Positions 18,491 to 27,145 of a DNA stretch of 37,191 nt are shown one piece after another; within the stretch, counting starts at the first letter, position 1; each line of letters starts with the position of its first letter. This DNA is from a virus (Duplodnaviria; Caudoviricetes): IMG/VR virus record IMGVR_UViG_3300037047_000120, positions 1 through 37,191 of that record; one strand, written 5' to 3'. The position numbers and the translations under genes were made by a program. The notes under the pieces were generated by a model that did no database searches, had not been told where the DNA came from, and saw only the letters and a list, made by a program, of their open reading frames with translations.

Positions 18491-19106
18491 TCTTTTTATC
18501 CGCTAATTTTGCTATTCGTTCCAATTCGGCATCAGAAAGATCAGTCTCATCTTCTACGCCCCGACGGTTGACATCGATCTTTGCGTGGGGAACATAATCC
18601 CCTGTCATCTCAAGGTAGAGCCGTCTGTCCGGATTTGACCGATGGTCGGGCGTTGAGGCAACCGCAATAAGCGCTTCAAACACATCCCGCCGGTGCTCCA
18701 TCAATGGAGCGGCTTGCAGTTTCGCGATCAGCGCGTCGATGATTTCGTTCTTTTTCCGCCAGTTTCCAATAACCCGATCGCTGGTCAAACCCAGCACCTT
18801 GCTGGCCAACTCCATCTGGGTACTTGGCCACCGACCCTTCTTTGGTGATGAAGCCCAGGCTATATAAGAGGCGATTCGCCATGAAAATCCGGCTTCCCTT
18901 AATAAAAGATATTCTTCAGCCCATGGAAAGGTATAGGCGTTGCCATCTTTCTTTGCGGCGATTTTTAATTCAAAAGCGATTCGGGCTTCATGAGAAATAA
19001 GGCGAGCCTGCTCGGGAGACATATTTCCTTCGTCTTCCTCAACGCTCTCAACCTCACCCAGGTTCAGCGCCATTTGTTCTAAATCATTCAATGATTCGCT
19101 TTGCAT
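18480..19106 (-). CDS. Putative terminase small subunit (HTH)
   Basis: TQMELASKVLGLTSDRVIGNWR HTH; DRRLYLEMTG; DLSDAEL C-terminus; overlaps the terL start. Confidence 0.72.
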   Translation of the reverse strand: MQSESLNDLEQMALNLGEVESVEEDEGNMSPEQARLISHEARIAFELKIAAKKDGNAYTFPWAEEYLLLREAGFSWRIASYIAWASSPKKGRWPSTQMELASKVLGLTSDRVIGNWRKKNEIIDALIAKLQAAPLMEHRRDVFEALIAVASTPDHRSNPDRRLYLEMTGDYVPHAKIDVNRRGVEDETDLSDAELERIAKLADKKNGN

Positions 19107-19153
19107 AAATCACCTACTCATCACTCGCGTAACGCAGTTTATCGTTATCTGGT

Positions 19154-19579
19154 TCATAAACGAATTTTCTCGACCAGTCTCAGCTGTTCATTCTCATTGC
19201 GTAAAATGTTGATCTCATATTTGAGGACCTTGATCTGCCCTTCATAGTCCAATTTGAGATTTTTGATCTGACATTCATAGTCAGATTTCATGCTTTTCAT
19301 CTCGTTTTCAAGTTCGATCTTGCTGCTTTGGAGATTTTCAATCTTCTTACTCAATGGCGAGATCAGGGCGGTAGCGGCATCTGTCAGCATTTTTGCCAGT
19401 TCCACATTCCCATTCGCCAGGTCAAGCATCGCCTTTTCGACCTCAACTTCAGAACGATCTGCCTCGACCGATGATTTTCTTGCCTCAGCCTTTTTTGCTT
19501 GTGCCGAAGTGATCGACAGATAAATACCAACTATCAAAACTGCCAGAGATACATACGAACTCAAATTTTCAAACGTCAT
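19154..19579 (-). CDS. Membrane-anchored coiled-coil protein (holin/lysis-associated candidate)
   Basis: One N-terminal TM helix followed by a long coiled coil. Confidence 0.55.
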   Translation of the reverse strand: MTFENLSSYVSLAVLIVGIYLSITSAQAKKAEARKSSVEADRSEVEVEKAMLDLANGNVELAKMLTDAATALISPLSKKIENLQSSKIELENEMKSMKSDYECQIKNLKLDYEGQIKVLKYEINILRNENEQLRLVEKIRL

Positions 19580-19597
19580 CGGCCTGTATCCTCATCT

Positions 19598-19648
19598 TCC
19601 CCCCCTTCATCGTTGGCTTTGCTACTCGAAGCCTCGATGGAGATGGGA
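19598..19648 (+). repeat. Nested REP-like element (degenerate family B in family A stem)
   Basis: GTTGGCTTTGCTACTCGAAGCC at 19612-19633 matches 14037-14058 at 18 of 22 positions. Confidence 0.6.
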
Positions 19649-19705
19649 ATTGACCCAGGCCGTGCGTATGGAGGATTACGCCCGGCCTGGATTGAATCTT
19701 CTCTC

Positions 19706-20062
19706 TTATTTGCTCAATATCTTTTCAGAGGTCCAGCCGAGCGCCTCAAACACTTTTTGAAGCAAAAGGTTGTAAATCAATGTTGCAAATCCGATGATCA
19801 CGCTAGCCACAGCGATAACAGATCCAACCCATCCCACGATCGCCCCGCCAAAAACAGCCGGATCCGCGTCCATTGGAGGCCATGCGGGCACGATAGGGGC
19901 AGCCCAAAAATATGCGATCGCAAGCGATATTGCGAAGAGAGCTATCGTCAACCATTTACGGTCAATCTTTACTCCCAGAAACGCTATGCCTAGTTTCAGC
20001 AATTGGCCCAACCCTGCCGCGATGAAACCGATGACGATGACTTGTTCAGGTGTTATTTGCAT
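19706..20062 (-). CDS. Holin-like membrane protein
   Basis: About three hydrophobic helices, charged C-terminus, first gene after the late promoter. Confidence 0.6.
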   Translation of the reverse strand: MQITPEQVIVIGFIAAGLGQLLKLGIAFLGVKIDRKWLTIALFAISLAIAYFWAAPIVPAWPPMDADPAVFGGAIVGWVGSVIAVASVIIGFATLIYNLLLQKVFEALGWTSEKILSK

Positions 20063-20078
20063 TTCCTTTACCTTTCTT

Positions 20079-20121
20079 CTCCCATCCGTTGATTAGTCCT
20101 GTCGAAGTCGCCGAGTGGGGA
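20079..20121 (+). repeat. Nested REP-like element (degenerate family B)
   Basis: CTCCCAT-CCGTTGATTAGTCCTGTCGAAGTC-GCCGAGTGGGGA, similar to 30822-30846. Confidence 0.55.
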
Positions 20122-20137
20122 ATACAACTTCGCGGTT

Positions 20138-20171
20138 AAAACAAAAACGCGCTCCCAGAATTAGGGAACGC
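20138..20171 (-). terminator. Intrinsic terminator in the late leader
   Basis: Minus strand GCGTTCCC-TAATTCT-GGGAGCGC-GTTTTTGTTTT. Confidence 0.75.
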
Positions 20172-20236
20172 AAAATACATCCTGCCGCGGGCGCCAATCT
20201 CCGCGGAGACCAGAACTACATCCGGTCGGCAATATC

Positions 20237-20265
20237 AGTTTAACAGAATTAGAAAATTAATTCAA
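20237..20265 (-). promoter_or_regulatory. Sigma70-type late promoter
   Basis: TTGAAT-17 bp-TAAACT with extended -10 TG, in an AT-rich gap between early and late genes. Confidence 0.7.
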
Positions 20266-20343
20266 GAGTCAATTTTATAATTAACCAAATATCCAGAAGG
20301 TTAGTCTGGTGTAACCACCAGATATGGGGGATGGATGGTCGAT

Positions 20344-20562
20344 TTACCTTTCATCGAATAAACGCCATCCCCGGAGCATAGCTTCAGTCAAAGTATCCCC
20401 CACGCCTTCAAACACTGTCTTGGAGGGATCCTGGGAATGCGCAACAAACCTCACCTTGTACCTCACACCTGTAATCGGAAACTCACTCGAAATATATAAA
20501 CTGACCTGCAATCGTTCAGCTTCTTTTAAAACCTTATCTACCGCGTCCCAGTTTTCATTCAT
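20344..20562 (-). CDS. Hypothetical protein
   Basis: ATGA-coupled to the upstream gene. Confidence 0.6.
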   Translation of the reverse strand: MNENWDAVDKVLKEAERLQVSLYISSEFPITGVRYKVRFVAHSQDPSKTVFEGVGDTLTEAMLRGWRLFDER

Positions 20563-20843
20563 AATCCCTTACTCCTCCCTTCGATTATACGATCAGTCAG
20601 ATGCCTAAGTGTGTCCTCATCAGGTGTCCAGGTGCGCACCTCACCGCATAGATCGCACTCAATGTCAAACGCATGCCCCTCTAATACCATCATCACATCC
20701 GGGGCTGGCATACCATCAGGGAATGTGACATCAATAGCATGCCGGTACACCAACAATCGCTGAATCTTGTTCCCGTTTCGTGTGATCACACCCATCGAAT
20801 GACCTTTTCCACATTTCCAAACTTTCATTTCATCCATGATCAT
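20559..20843 (-). CDS. Zinc-ribbon protein, candidate late regulator
   Basis: WKCGKGH ... IECDLCG; near the late promoter. Confidence 0.6.
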   Translation of the reverse strand: MIMDEMKVWKCGKGHSMGVITRNGNKIQRLLVYRHAIDVTFPDGMPAPDVMMVLEGHAFDIECDLCGEVRTWTPDEDTLRHLTDRIIEGRSKGL

Positions 20844-21076
20844 TCTCCTGATTCATCTACCCTACACACCATCCATAGATGCCACATATCAAGATCCTTT
20901 TCATACCAGGTTATTTTTCGTATATCATCCAGATTAACACCTTCTCTCTTGGCAAACTCCTCTTTCTTCCCACCGATCCACTTATCGACATCCTCAATCC
21001 CCATCGCTGCGATGTGAATCTTCCGCTCCCCTTGATGCAGCCAATTCTCGACAACCGTTTCACTTGCCATTTCCAT
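20840..21076 (-). CDS. Hypothetical protein
   Basis: ATG at 21076 with AAGGGGG RBS; the longer ORF call overlaps the upstream gene. Confidence 0.55.
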   Translation of the reverse strand: MEMASETVVENWLHQGERKIHIAAMGIEDVDKWIGGKKEEFAKREGVNLDDIRKITWYEKDLDMWHLWMVCRVDESGE

Positions 21077-21593
21077 TTGCCCCCTTTCCGTTCCCCGAGC
21101 TTGTCGAGGGGTGGCGAACTTGCCTCCAAATCCTCGCGCATTCCGCACTATGACACCTCTGCCACGGAACCCGCGGAACGAATGTGATCTTACAGCCGGG
21201 GTTCGCGCATCGACGGCTGTCAGCCAGGATCAAAGACCCTGGCTGCACATTCCCGACTGCCATCACAGTTACTTGTTCGCTCCTGGCAACATCAACAGGA
21301 GTGCTATCAATCATCGCTCCCAGCCGCATGACAGCGTCTGTCAATTTCGCGCTCGGGTCCATCTTGCCGTTCATCACATTGCGTAAATACCGCCAACCCC
21401 AAGCAGGATCCTTCTTCACCATGTAACTTAATTGATCCGCCACGTCTTGCAGATCCTTCACTGCAATCAACATCGGGTCATGTCCTAACCCCCTGATAAC
21501 GTCCTCCAGCATCCTTGCGCTGGATTGGGGCAACGATAGACCCTTTACCGCTTTTCTAGTTTCTAACATATCCCTAACATGGTTAGACGCCAT
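21060..21593 (-). CDS. Putative transcriptional regulator: HTH-like region plus C-terminal zinc finger
   Basis: LQDVADQLS..WRYLRNVMNG; RRCANPGC..F.P....QRCHSAEC. Confidence 0.55.
   Translation of the reverse strand: MASNHVRDMLETRKAVKGLSLPQSSARMLEDVIRGLGHDPMLIAVKDLQDVADQLSYMVKKDPAWGWRYLRNVMNGKMDPSAKLTDAVMRLGAMIDSTPVDVARSEQVTVMAVGNVQPGSLILADSRRCANPGCKITFVPRVPWQRCHSAECARIWRQVRHPSTSSGNGKGANGNGK
21080..21114 (+). repeat. Family B element in-frame at a gene end
   Basis: CCCCCTTTCCGTTCCCCGAGCTTGTCGAGGGGTGG; encodes HPSTSSGNGKG. Confidence 0.72.
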
Positions 21594-21594
21594 T

Positions 21595-22347
21595 TCACTC
21601 CACCTTCCTGAACTCAATCACCCATACCCACGGGTTTGTATCCCAGCCGTAGCCACGTTTGGCATTGATCTTTTCCCAGAGACTTGAATAACTCCCAATG
21701 GCATTTTTGTACCCGCTGTATTGATATGGCCAAGAATCGCTTTGTCTGTTTTCAATACCATATTTACCGTAGTCACCATGCCACAGGTAGTTTTTATATC
21801 CGTGATCTTTAGGCGCAGTTCCAATTAATCCAGCCGTGGTTAGGCAATCCTCTTTCGAGAATAGATAATCTATCCCTTCGGCAATTGCATCTTCTTCTGT
21901 AATATCCTGCACCCGTTCCACCCGGACATTGACGATTTCCAGCGTGATCCGCGAAGCCCATCGGGGCATGAAGAAAGATGGTTGCCAGCGCGGATATTCA
22001 ACACCATCCGCACGATAGCGAATTTCTTTGGGACGAATTGGCATCTCACTTGGTAGGCGTTCTTCGGTCAAAAATGGATTAATCCACGTTTCCCGCACCC
22101 ACAATCTATCGCCGGGTTGACCGTAGGGATTTTTGACAGTATGTGTCTTTGTTGATAGTGGAAAATTATCAACCCATTGGGCACATCCTAAAGATTTGTC
22201 GTTATTGGAACCAACTCCGATAATCCAACCCATCCATTTCAAATCTGGTGATAGTTGTGGTTTGATCACCCTTCTTGTCTGTGTTTTCCGTCCATCAAGT
22301 ATTGCTCTTACACTATCGGAAGTAAAAATAATCGGTCGCTCTTTCAC
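21595..22347 (-). CDS. ASCH-like domain phage protein
   Basis: ERPIIF..VRAILDGRKTQTRR, GDRLWVRETW, MPRWASRITLEI, WDTNPWVWVIEF. Confidence 0.85.
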   Translation of the reverse strand: MKERPIIFTSDSVRAILDGRKTQTRRVIKPQLSPDLKWMGWIIGVGSNNDKSLGCAQWVDNFPLSTKTHTVKNPYGQPGDRLWVRETWINPFLTEERLPSEMPIRPKEIRYRADGVEYPRWQPSFFMPRWASRITLEIVNVRVERVQDITEEDAIAEGIDYLFSKEDCLTTAGLIGTAPKDHGYKNYLWHGDYGKYGIENRQSDSWPYQYSGYKNAIGSYSSLWEKINAKRGYGWDTNPWVWVIEFRKVE

Positions 22348-22745
22348 TTCAATGCTCCTAGGTCATCTACTGGAACAAACCCCTTATCCCGCATCTTACA
22401 AACCAATGCCTCCAACGGATCTATCCCCAACTGGGAAGCAAACCGCTCCAGCATCATCAGGCAGTCAGCCACTTCACTCTCCACGTTTGGTTCCTTCTTC
22501 CGGTCATGGTTCCTTACCCACTGCTCTTCCTGGGCACTCACCCATTTGTCTGCCCGTTGGCCAATGTACTGCATATCAACCAGGATGGTCACCATCCCGG
22601 CGGGCAGCTTTCCCCGTTCTCTTGTCAGATAAGCCTCCGCCAACTCGCCGATCTCCGAGATCAAGAACATCAACGCCTGGCCAGCCATGGGAACGATGAA
22701 CTTCCGCGCCTTGTAATAATGATTGATCAACTCATGTAACGTCAT
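22344..22745 (-). CDS. MazG-like nucleotide pyrophosphohydrolase
   Basis: LISEIGELAEA ... ESEVADCL ... LGIDPLEALVCKM. Confidence 0.75.
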   Translation of the reverse strand: MTLHELINHYYKARKFIVPMAGQALMFLISEIGELAEAYLTRERGKLPAGMVTILVDMQYIGQRADKWVSAQEEQWVRNHDRKKEPNVESEVADCLMMLERFASQLGIDPLEALVCKMRDKGFVPVDDLGALK

Positions 22746-22932
22746 TTTCTTTTAATCCTTTCACCGTACAAGTTTTGCAATCTATGCGATGCTGATAAAA
22801 ATCCTTATATTCATACTCTGCCGGTTGGTTCTCCGTGATCCTGGCAATCACCTTGCTGTAGATCTCAAAACCTGCCTCGCACAAATTCACATCAAATGTT
22901 TGAGACGAATTTCCCATCTGGTTCATCTCCAT
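22732..22932 (-). CDS. Small hypothetical protein, possibly metal-binding
   Basis: LCEAG ... HRIDCKTC; overlaps its neighbours. Confidence 0.55.
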   Translation of the reverse strand: MEMNQMGNSSQTFDVNLCEAGFEIYSKVIARITENQPAEYEYKDFYQHRIDCKTCTVKGLKENDVT

Positions 22933-23018
22933 GACCGAAAATCCAAAATAAACCCGCCCACAATCAACCCGACGATCACCAGGGTGATCAGAAAAACCTT
23001 CAACGATTCTTTATCCAT
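22923..23018 (-). CDS. 31-aa single-TM peptide
   Basis: MDKESLKVFLITLVIVGLIVGGFILDFRSWR with AAGGTGG RBS. Confidence 0.45.
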   Translation of the reverse strand: MDKESLKVFLITLVIVGLIVGGFILDFRSWR

Positions 23019-23060
23019 CACCACCACCTTTCTTTGCCAACAGTCAAAGTCCCTCCAAAG

Positions 23061-23358
23061 TGTGAACTTTGAATCAGGTAAGTTCACACTAAGTTCACAC
23101 AACACTTTTTTGCCATTAGCAAATTGAGGACTCAGCCTCATATAGATACACAGAAGTACAATACAGTTCATACATAAGTAGTAGGACTGACCCGAATATC
23201 TCCTTTTTCCTTCAGTTTTGCTTATAAAATGCCCATTTTTGTCCGTGTGAACTTGTGAACTTTGTGAACACCCCTGAGGGGTTTCACATTTGCAATGCAA
23301 AAAATACAAAACAAATGCAGAAGCAGAAAGTAAGTTCACAGAGTTCACAAAGTTCATA
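23061..23358. repeat. Putative replication origin with TGTGAACT iterons
   Basis: About 10 direct and inverted copies (23061, 23081, 23092, 23165, 23246, 23254, 23263, 23333, 23342, 23351) right after the primase-helicase. Confidence 0.72.
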
Positions 23359-26185
23359 GCATCGTTTCTTGGGCTGGTGTCTTTGAATTTTGAGGTCCCA
23401 ATTCAGCCGGATTGATCCCGTACCGCATGGATAAACCTTCCAGGCGTGCCTCATCAAATCGCACCCAATACCCATCCCGCTGTCGTTTGCTCATCTGCAG
23501 TTGCATGTCATTTCGCAGTTTGTGACCGGTACCCTGGGGAGTCAGTTCGAAATCCTTTTTCTTGCGTTTCTTACCTCCGTCATCCTCCTCTTCCTCCTTG
23601 ACCCCGTTCATCTCATTAATCAACTCGTTGGCGATCCTCGTCAGATCTCCGACCTTGATCCAGGTATCCCCATTGGCATCAACTTTGGTCATGGTCTTAT
23701 GCAAATCCGGAAACTTCCATATCTTCCAAAACGCCTCGATGATCCGCGCCACGATCGTCATCGATCGCTCCAGAATCGTTTCCTGGTAATACTCACGCAA
23801 ATTCCTACGGATCTCTTCCTGTTGCTCCGGGTCTTCCTTGGCCAAAGCCAGAAGTGGACCGGCAACCTGGTTGAGACGGGCGGAAATCGCCATTTCATAG
23901 AATTCAGGATCGATCTCTATTTCCGGTTGCCAGGTTCGCAACCGCCATTGCAGCAGCAGATTGCGGATAGCCAGAGCCTGCGCTCTCATTGATGAATTGA
24001 TCTCGTTCGTTATCCCCGCCCGTTTGAGTTCAATTTGTTCTCTGGGTTGCAGTTTAAATGAAAGGCACCGGCTGCCCACCGCGTCATCCCGAAAATCCTT
24101 CCGCATACTGATCAACTTCGGGCAGAATGTCTGAAATGCTTTTTCCTCAAAATCCTTATTACCGTTGGGCCCGGTAACCTCGACAGTTCGCCAGATCGGG
24201 TTATTCTTCATCGCCCCCAGGTTCAAGAACTTCACCATGTCCGCTTCGGTGTCGGAATTATTCAGATCCGCCTCATCGATGAAGACTGTACCGCGGTATC
24301 TTTCCACCGCCCGGAATAGGCTGGATGTGGATCCGGCGCCATTGGCATTCATCGTCCTGTAGCACATCAGCCCAATACGCCGCATCATTTCAGACTTTCC
24401 GCTGCCCGCGTCACCCATGGCTCTCAGGTACATGATTGTATTGAAACTGTCATACACCCAGGTCAGCAGGACGTAATATGCCATCATCCGGGCGACCTTT
24501 TCAGAGGGAAGCAGATAAACCCGTTTGATGAACAACTCCACAATTGTTACCAGCTCGCGGATCTCTTTTTCCTCCCCCACTTTCGATGGGAAGAGCACAG
24601 CGCCGCTCCTCACGGTTTCATTGACTGGGAATGGCAGATATTTCTGCCCGTCGATCACCACGCTGAACCCGCTGCCGATTTTCCCATCAGCATCCCGCCA
24701 GGCCAGTTGGGGTTCCTCAGATTCCGGATCATAAAGATATTCGAGAAGCCACCCAGTATTTGGATCGTACCTCCCGAAGGTATAAATTGGCTCACCCAGG
24801 TCTTTTTCAGCAGCCTTGGTCGTGGCGGTCTTCAACATATGGTCATAGTCTCGGACACCAACCCCGAGAGCTTTGGCGAGTTTTGCACGGTATTGACTTT
24901 TATTCAGGTCATCCATTCGGGCGATCACCAGCAGCGCCGCCTTGGTGGCTTCATCCTTCTCAGCTCCCTGGGCTTTCCCTGCATTGATGCAGCGTTCCTC
25001 CACATAGGTTGGGGATGCCTGCATTGCCGCGTGGATGAGTGCAGTCTGTTGATCCGCATCCACACTCGCCTGAGTGAATGCCTTCAACAAATCGTTGGCA
25101 TCCTTGACCGGCATGGTCTGCCCGTCCACTCCGACGTATCCCTGGTACCGAGTGATCGCATCCCACCGCAGCAGCCTGGCCATGGGACCTACCATATCGG
25201 CGATCTTGATGGCAGCCGTGTAACCTGCTTTATCTTCATCCAGGGCAATATAAACCGCCTTGTGACTCTTGCAGAAATTCAGCGCGTCACTCCCGGCTTT
25301 GACCAGCACGTTTCCCAGAGCAACAGCCGGATACCCCATCTGACCAAGCGACACGGCATCTGCCTGCCCTTCGACCAATATCACCCGGTCGCTATCAAAC
25401 CTGTACGCCTGGTTGAAGTACAGTTGCTTCTCCCCGGCAAGCTCCCGGTGTAGGTTGTAATGGATCTTCTCAGTGATCCCGCGCCCTGCCAGGTAAACCA
25501 CCCGTCCGCTCTTGAGATGTGGATAGACCAGCCGACCGCCGCCAAGCATCCCGGTGATGTACCCCTTGTCAATCCATCCCTTGTTAGGTTCCAACCCCTG
25601 ATCACTCAACCAGGTGGCTATCTTGCCCTTGTAGCCCAGCACAGACACAGCGGCAGGCGAGCGCACATCCACCCCGCTGATCACCATCTCATCCGTGATC
25701 TCTTTCCGTTCATGCTCCGTCCCATTGCCAGAAAAACCCAACTGGCAGGCGATGATCGTCTCATCCGTCCAACCGCGCCCGTGAGCATAAGCCAACGCGG
25801 CATTATCCTTCATCAGCCAGCGGTGGAACACCCTCGCGGCCACTGCCAGCGCTTCTTCCTTTGCCCGTGCCGCCACCCTCGAAGCGTTAGACTCATGACC
25901 CCAGTTTGGTTCTGGCAGGTTGTATTGACGGCACAGCAGTTCTACAGCCCCCTTGAAATCCACCCCGCGGCGCTTCATCACCCAGTTGATCGTGTCACCG
26001 TGTTCACCGGTGCTGTTCCACCAGTAGAAACTCTCGCCCACATCCACCACCAGGCTGTCATGCTCCACACACTTTCGGCGCTTGTCATGCCCGGCGCGCA
26101 AGGTGAAGCCATCCTGCGCCATCACCTTGTCAATCGGACAGGCACGGTTTATTCGTTCTACGATGTCTTCATTTTGATCTGTCAT
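23354..26185 (-). CDS. DnaG-type primase-helicase: degenerate CHC2, Toprim, P-loop NTPase, C-terminal winged helix
   Basis: ILVEGQADAVS, IALDEDKAG, KDAND; Walker A GDAGSGKS; Walker B VFIDEAD. Confidence 0.88.
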   Translation of the reverse strand: MTDQNEDIVERINRACPIDKVMAQDGFTLRAGHDKRRKCVEHDSLVVDVGESFYWWNSTGEHGDTINWVMKRRGVDFKGAVELLCRQYNLPEPNWGHESNASRVAARAKEEALAVAARVFHRWLMKDNAALAYAHGRGWTDETIIACQLGFSGNGTEHERKEITDEMVISGVDVRSPAAVSVLGYKGKIATWLSDQGLEPNKGWIDKGYITGMLGGGRLVYPHLKSGRVVYLAGRGITEKIHYNLHRELAGEKQLYFNQAYRFDSDRVILVEGQADAVSLGQMGYPAVALGNVLVKAGSDALNFCKSHKAVYIALDEDKAGYTAAIKIADMVGPMARLLRWDAITRYQGYVGVDGQTMPVKDANDLLKAFTQASVDADQQTALIHAAMQASPTYVEERCINAGKAQGAEKDEATKAALLVIARMDDLNKSQYRAKLAKALGVGVRDYDHMLKTATTKAAEKDLGEPIYTFGRYDPNTGWLLEYLYDPESEEPQLAWRDADGKIGSGFSVVIDGQKYLPFPVNETVRSGAVLFPSKVGEEKEIRELVTIVELFIKRVYLLPSEKVARMMAYYVLLTWVYDSFNTIMYLRAMGDAGSGKSEMMRRIGLMCYRTMNANGAGSTSSLFRAVERYRGTVFIDEADLNNSDTEADMVKFLNLGAMKNNPIWRTVEVTGPNGNKDFEEKAFQTFCPKLISMRKDFRDDAVGSRCLSFKLQPREQIELKRAGITNEINSSMRAQALAIRNLLLQWRLRTWQPEIEIDPEFYEMAISARLNQVAGPLLALAKEDPEQQEEIRRNLREYYQETILERSMTIVARIIEAFWKIWKFPDLHKTMTKVDANGDTWIKVGDLTRIANELINEMNGVKEEEEDDGGKKRKKKDFELTPQGTGHKLRNDMQLQMSKRQRDGYWVRFDEARLEGLSMRYGINPAELGPQNSKTPAQETML

Positions 26186-26266
26186 TACGCCATCCCGTTA
26201 TGCGAACTGGAATTTATTCGTTATCAACCCAAAAACCATATCAAACTGCCCTGATTTATTCATTCT

Positions 26267-26294
26267 GTTTCGCATAATGGTAGTTATGCGAACT
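26267..26294. promoter_or_regulatory. Symmetric dif-like tyrosine recombinase site (11-6-11)
   Basis: GTTTCGCATAA-TGGTAG-TTATGCGAACT; extra half sites at 26198-26208 and 26362-26370. Confidence 0.68.
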
Positions 26295-26440
26295 AAAAAA
26301 AGTGCCGCAAAGACCGCGATTATCTGGGAACGCCCGCCCATGCCAGGAAATGGAGATAAAAATGCGAACTTTGTGAAGTTTTTTCACTGCTGAATTCTCT
26401 GGTAAAACAGGCGCGGGCGAAGACGGAGGCGGGCGCAATC

Positions 26441-26674
26441 TCATTGCCGCGTCCCGAGTAAGGGCAAATCTGCCTGTGCGCTGAGAATGCGGCTGACAAC
26501 TTCTTCCAGATCCTGATCTGCAGGGTCCAGAAGCCTGTGCTGATTGGTTACATTGGCTGCCAGGCGAACCCGCTCACGGGCCATCCCAATAAGTACTACG
26601 CAGTTTCCCAGTTTACCCAGGCATCGTTCCTGAACATCCCTGGTCGTATCTGCTGCCTTACAAAGTCTGCTCAT
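26441..26674 (-). CDS. Hypothetical protein
   Basis: ATGA-coupled in the early operon. Confidence 0.55.
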   Translation of the reverse strand: MSRLCKAADTTRDVQERCLGKLGNCVVLIGMARERVRLAANVTNQHRLLDPADQDLEEVVSRILSAQADLPLLGTRQ

Positions 26675-27036
26675 TCCAACTCTTCCTTTAGTATTTTCGT
26701 CTCGGCTTCGGCCATTTCCGCCCGGTTGCGTTCTGCAAGTCTGTCATCCAATAGACAAAGAACAAAAATGGTTCCCAGGTCAAGGATCCCGAAACCCCAC
26801 AGTGCCAAAACCCAGACATTTACCGCCGGTACGTTGTTATGCATCTGCCACGGGGACGGGTGAATTCCCCAATCCAAAAATAACAGGGTGAGTGGTACCA
26901 ACATCGCCATCAGATTCAGTAAATAGATCATCACCGCGGGCATCCCTTCCCTGGCCAGCGTCATAAACGGGAAGTAATGGATTGCCGTGATTAATGCCAC
27001 AGTCAGCAGGATAGCCAGGTAGAGACTCATCATCAC
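26671..27036 (-). CDS. Three-TM membrane protein
   Basis: Three hydrophobic segments and a charged C-terminus; AAGGAG RBS. Confidence 0.65.
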   Translation of the reverse strand: MMMSLYLAILLTVALITAIHYFPFMTLAREGMPAVMIYLLNLMAMLVPLTLLFLDWGIHPSPWQMHNNVPAVNVWVLALWGFGILDLGTIFVLCLLDDRLAERNRAEMAEAETKILKEELE

Positions 27037-27145
27037 ACTCCTTGAGATATTTTAAAAACTGCTTAAATCCATGCTCATACCGCCAGCGATCACCGGGCGG
27101 GCATGCCACAACGCAGATCGAAATATCGACCTGATACTTCACTGG

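Noticed and set aside
19655-19690. Hairpin CCAGGCCG..CGGCCTGG as a terminator
   Set aside because: No U-tract on either strand; it may be an mRNA stability hairpin, but its function is unsupported.
22923-23357. 144-aa ORF (and 23284-23475)
   Set aside because: It runs through the iteron region and translates the repeats; only the last 31 codons look like a gene.
5352-25453. Long plus-strand ORFs opposite structural and replication genes (e.g. 5676-6305, 8335-8991, 24707-25453)
   Set aside because: Antisense shadows of well-supported genes, with no motifs.
26256-26444. 62-aa ORF
   Set aside because: It overlaps the dif-like site and has no protein-like features; ATGA coupling leaves it possible but unsupported.
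26837-27142. 101-aa ORF
   Set aside because: It overlaps the better-supported membrane gene by 200 bp; the first ~35 codons may be a real small gene but I cannot support it.
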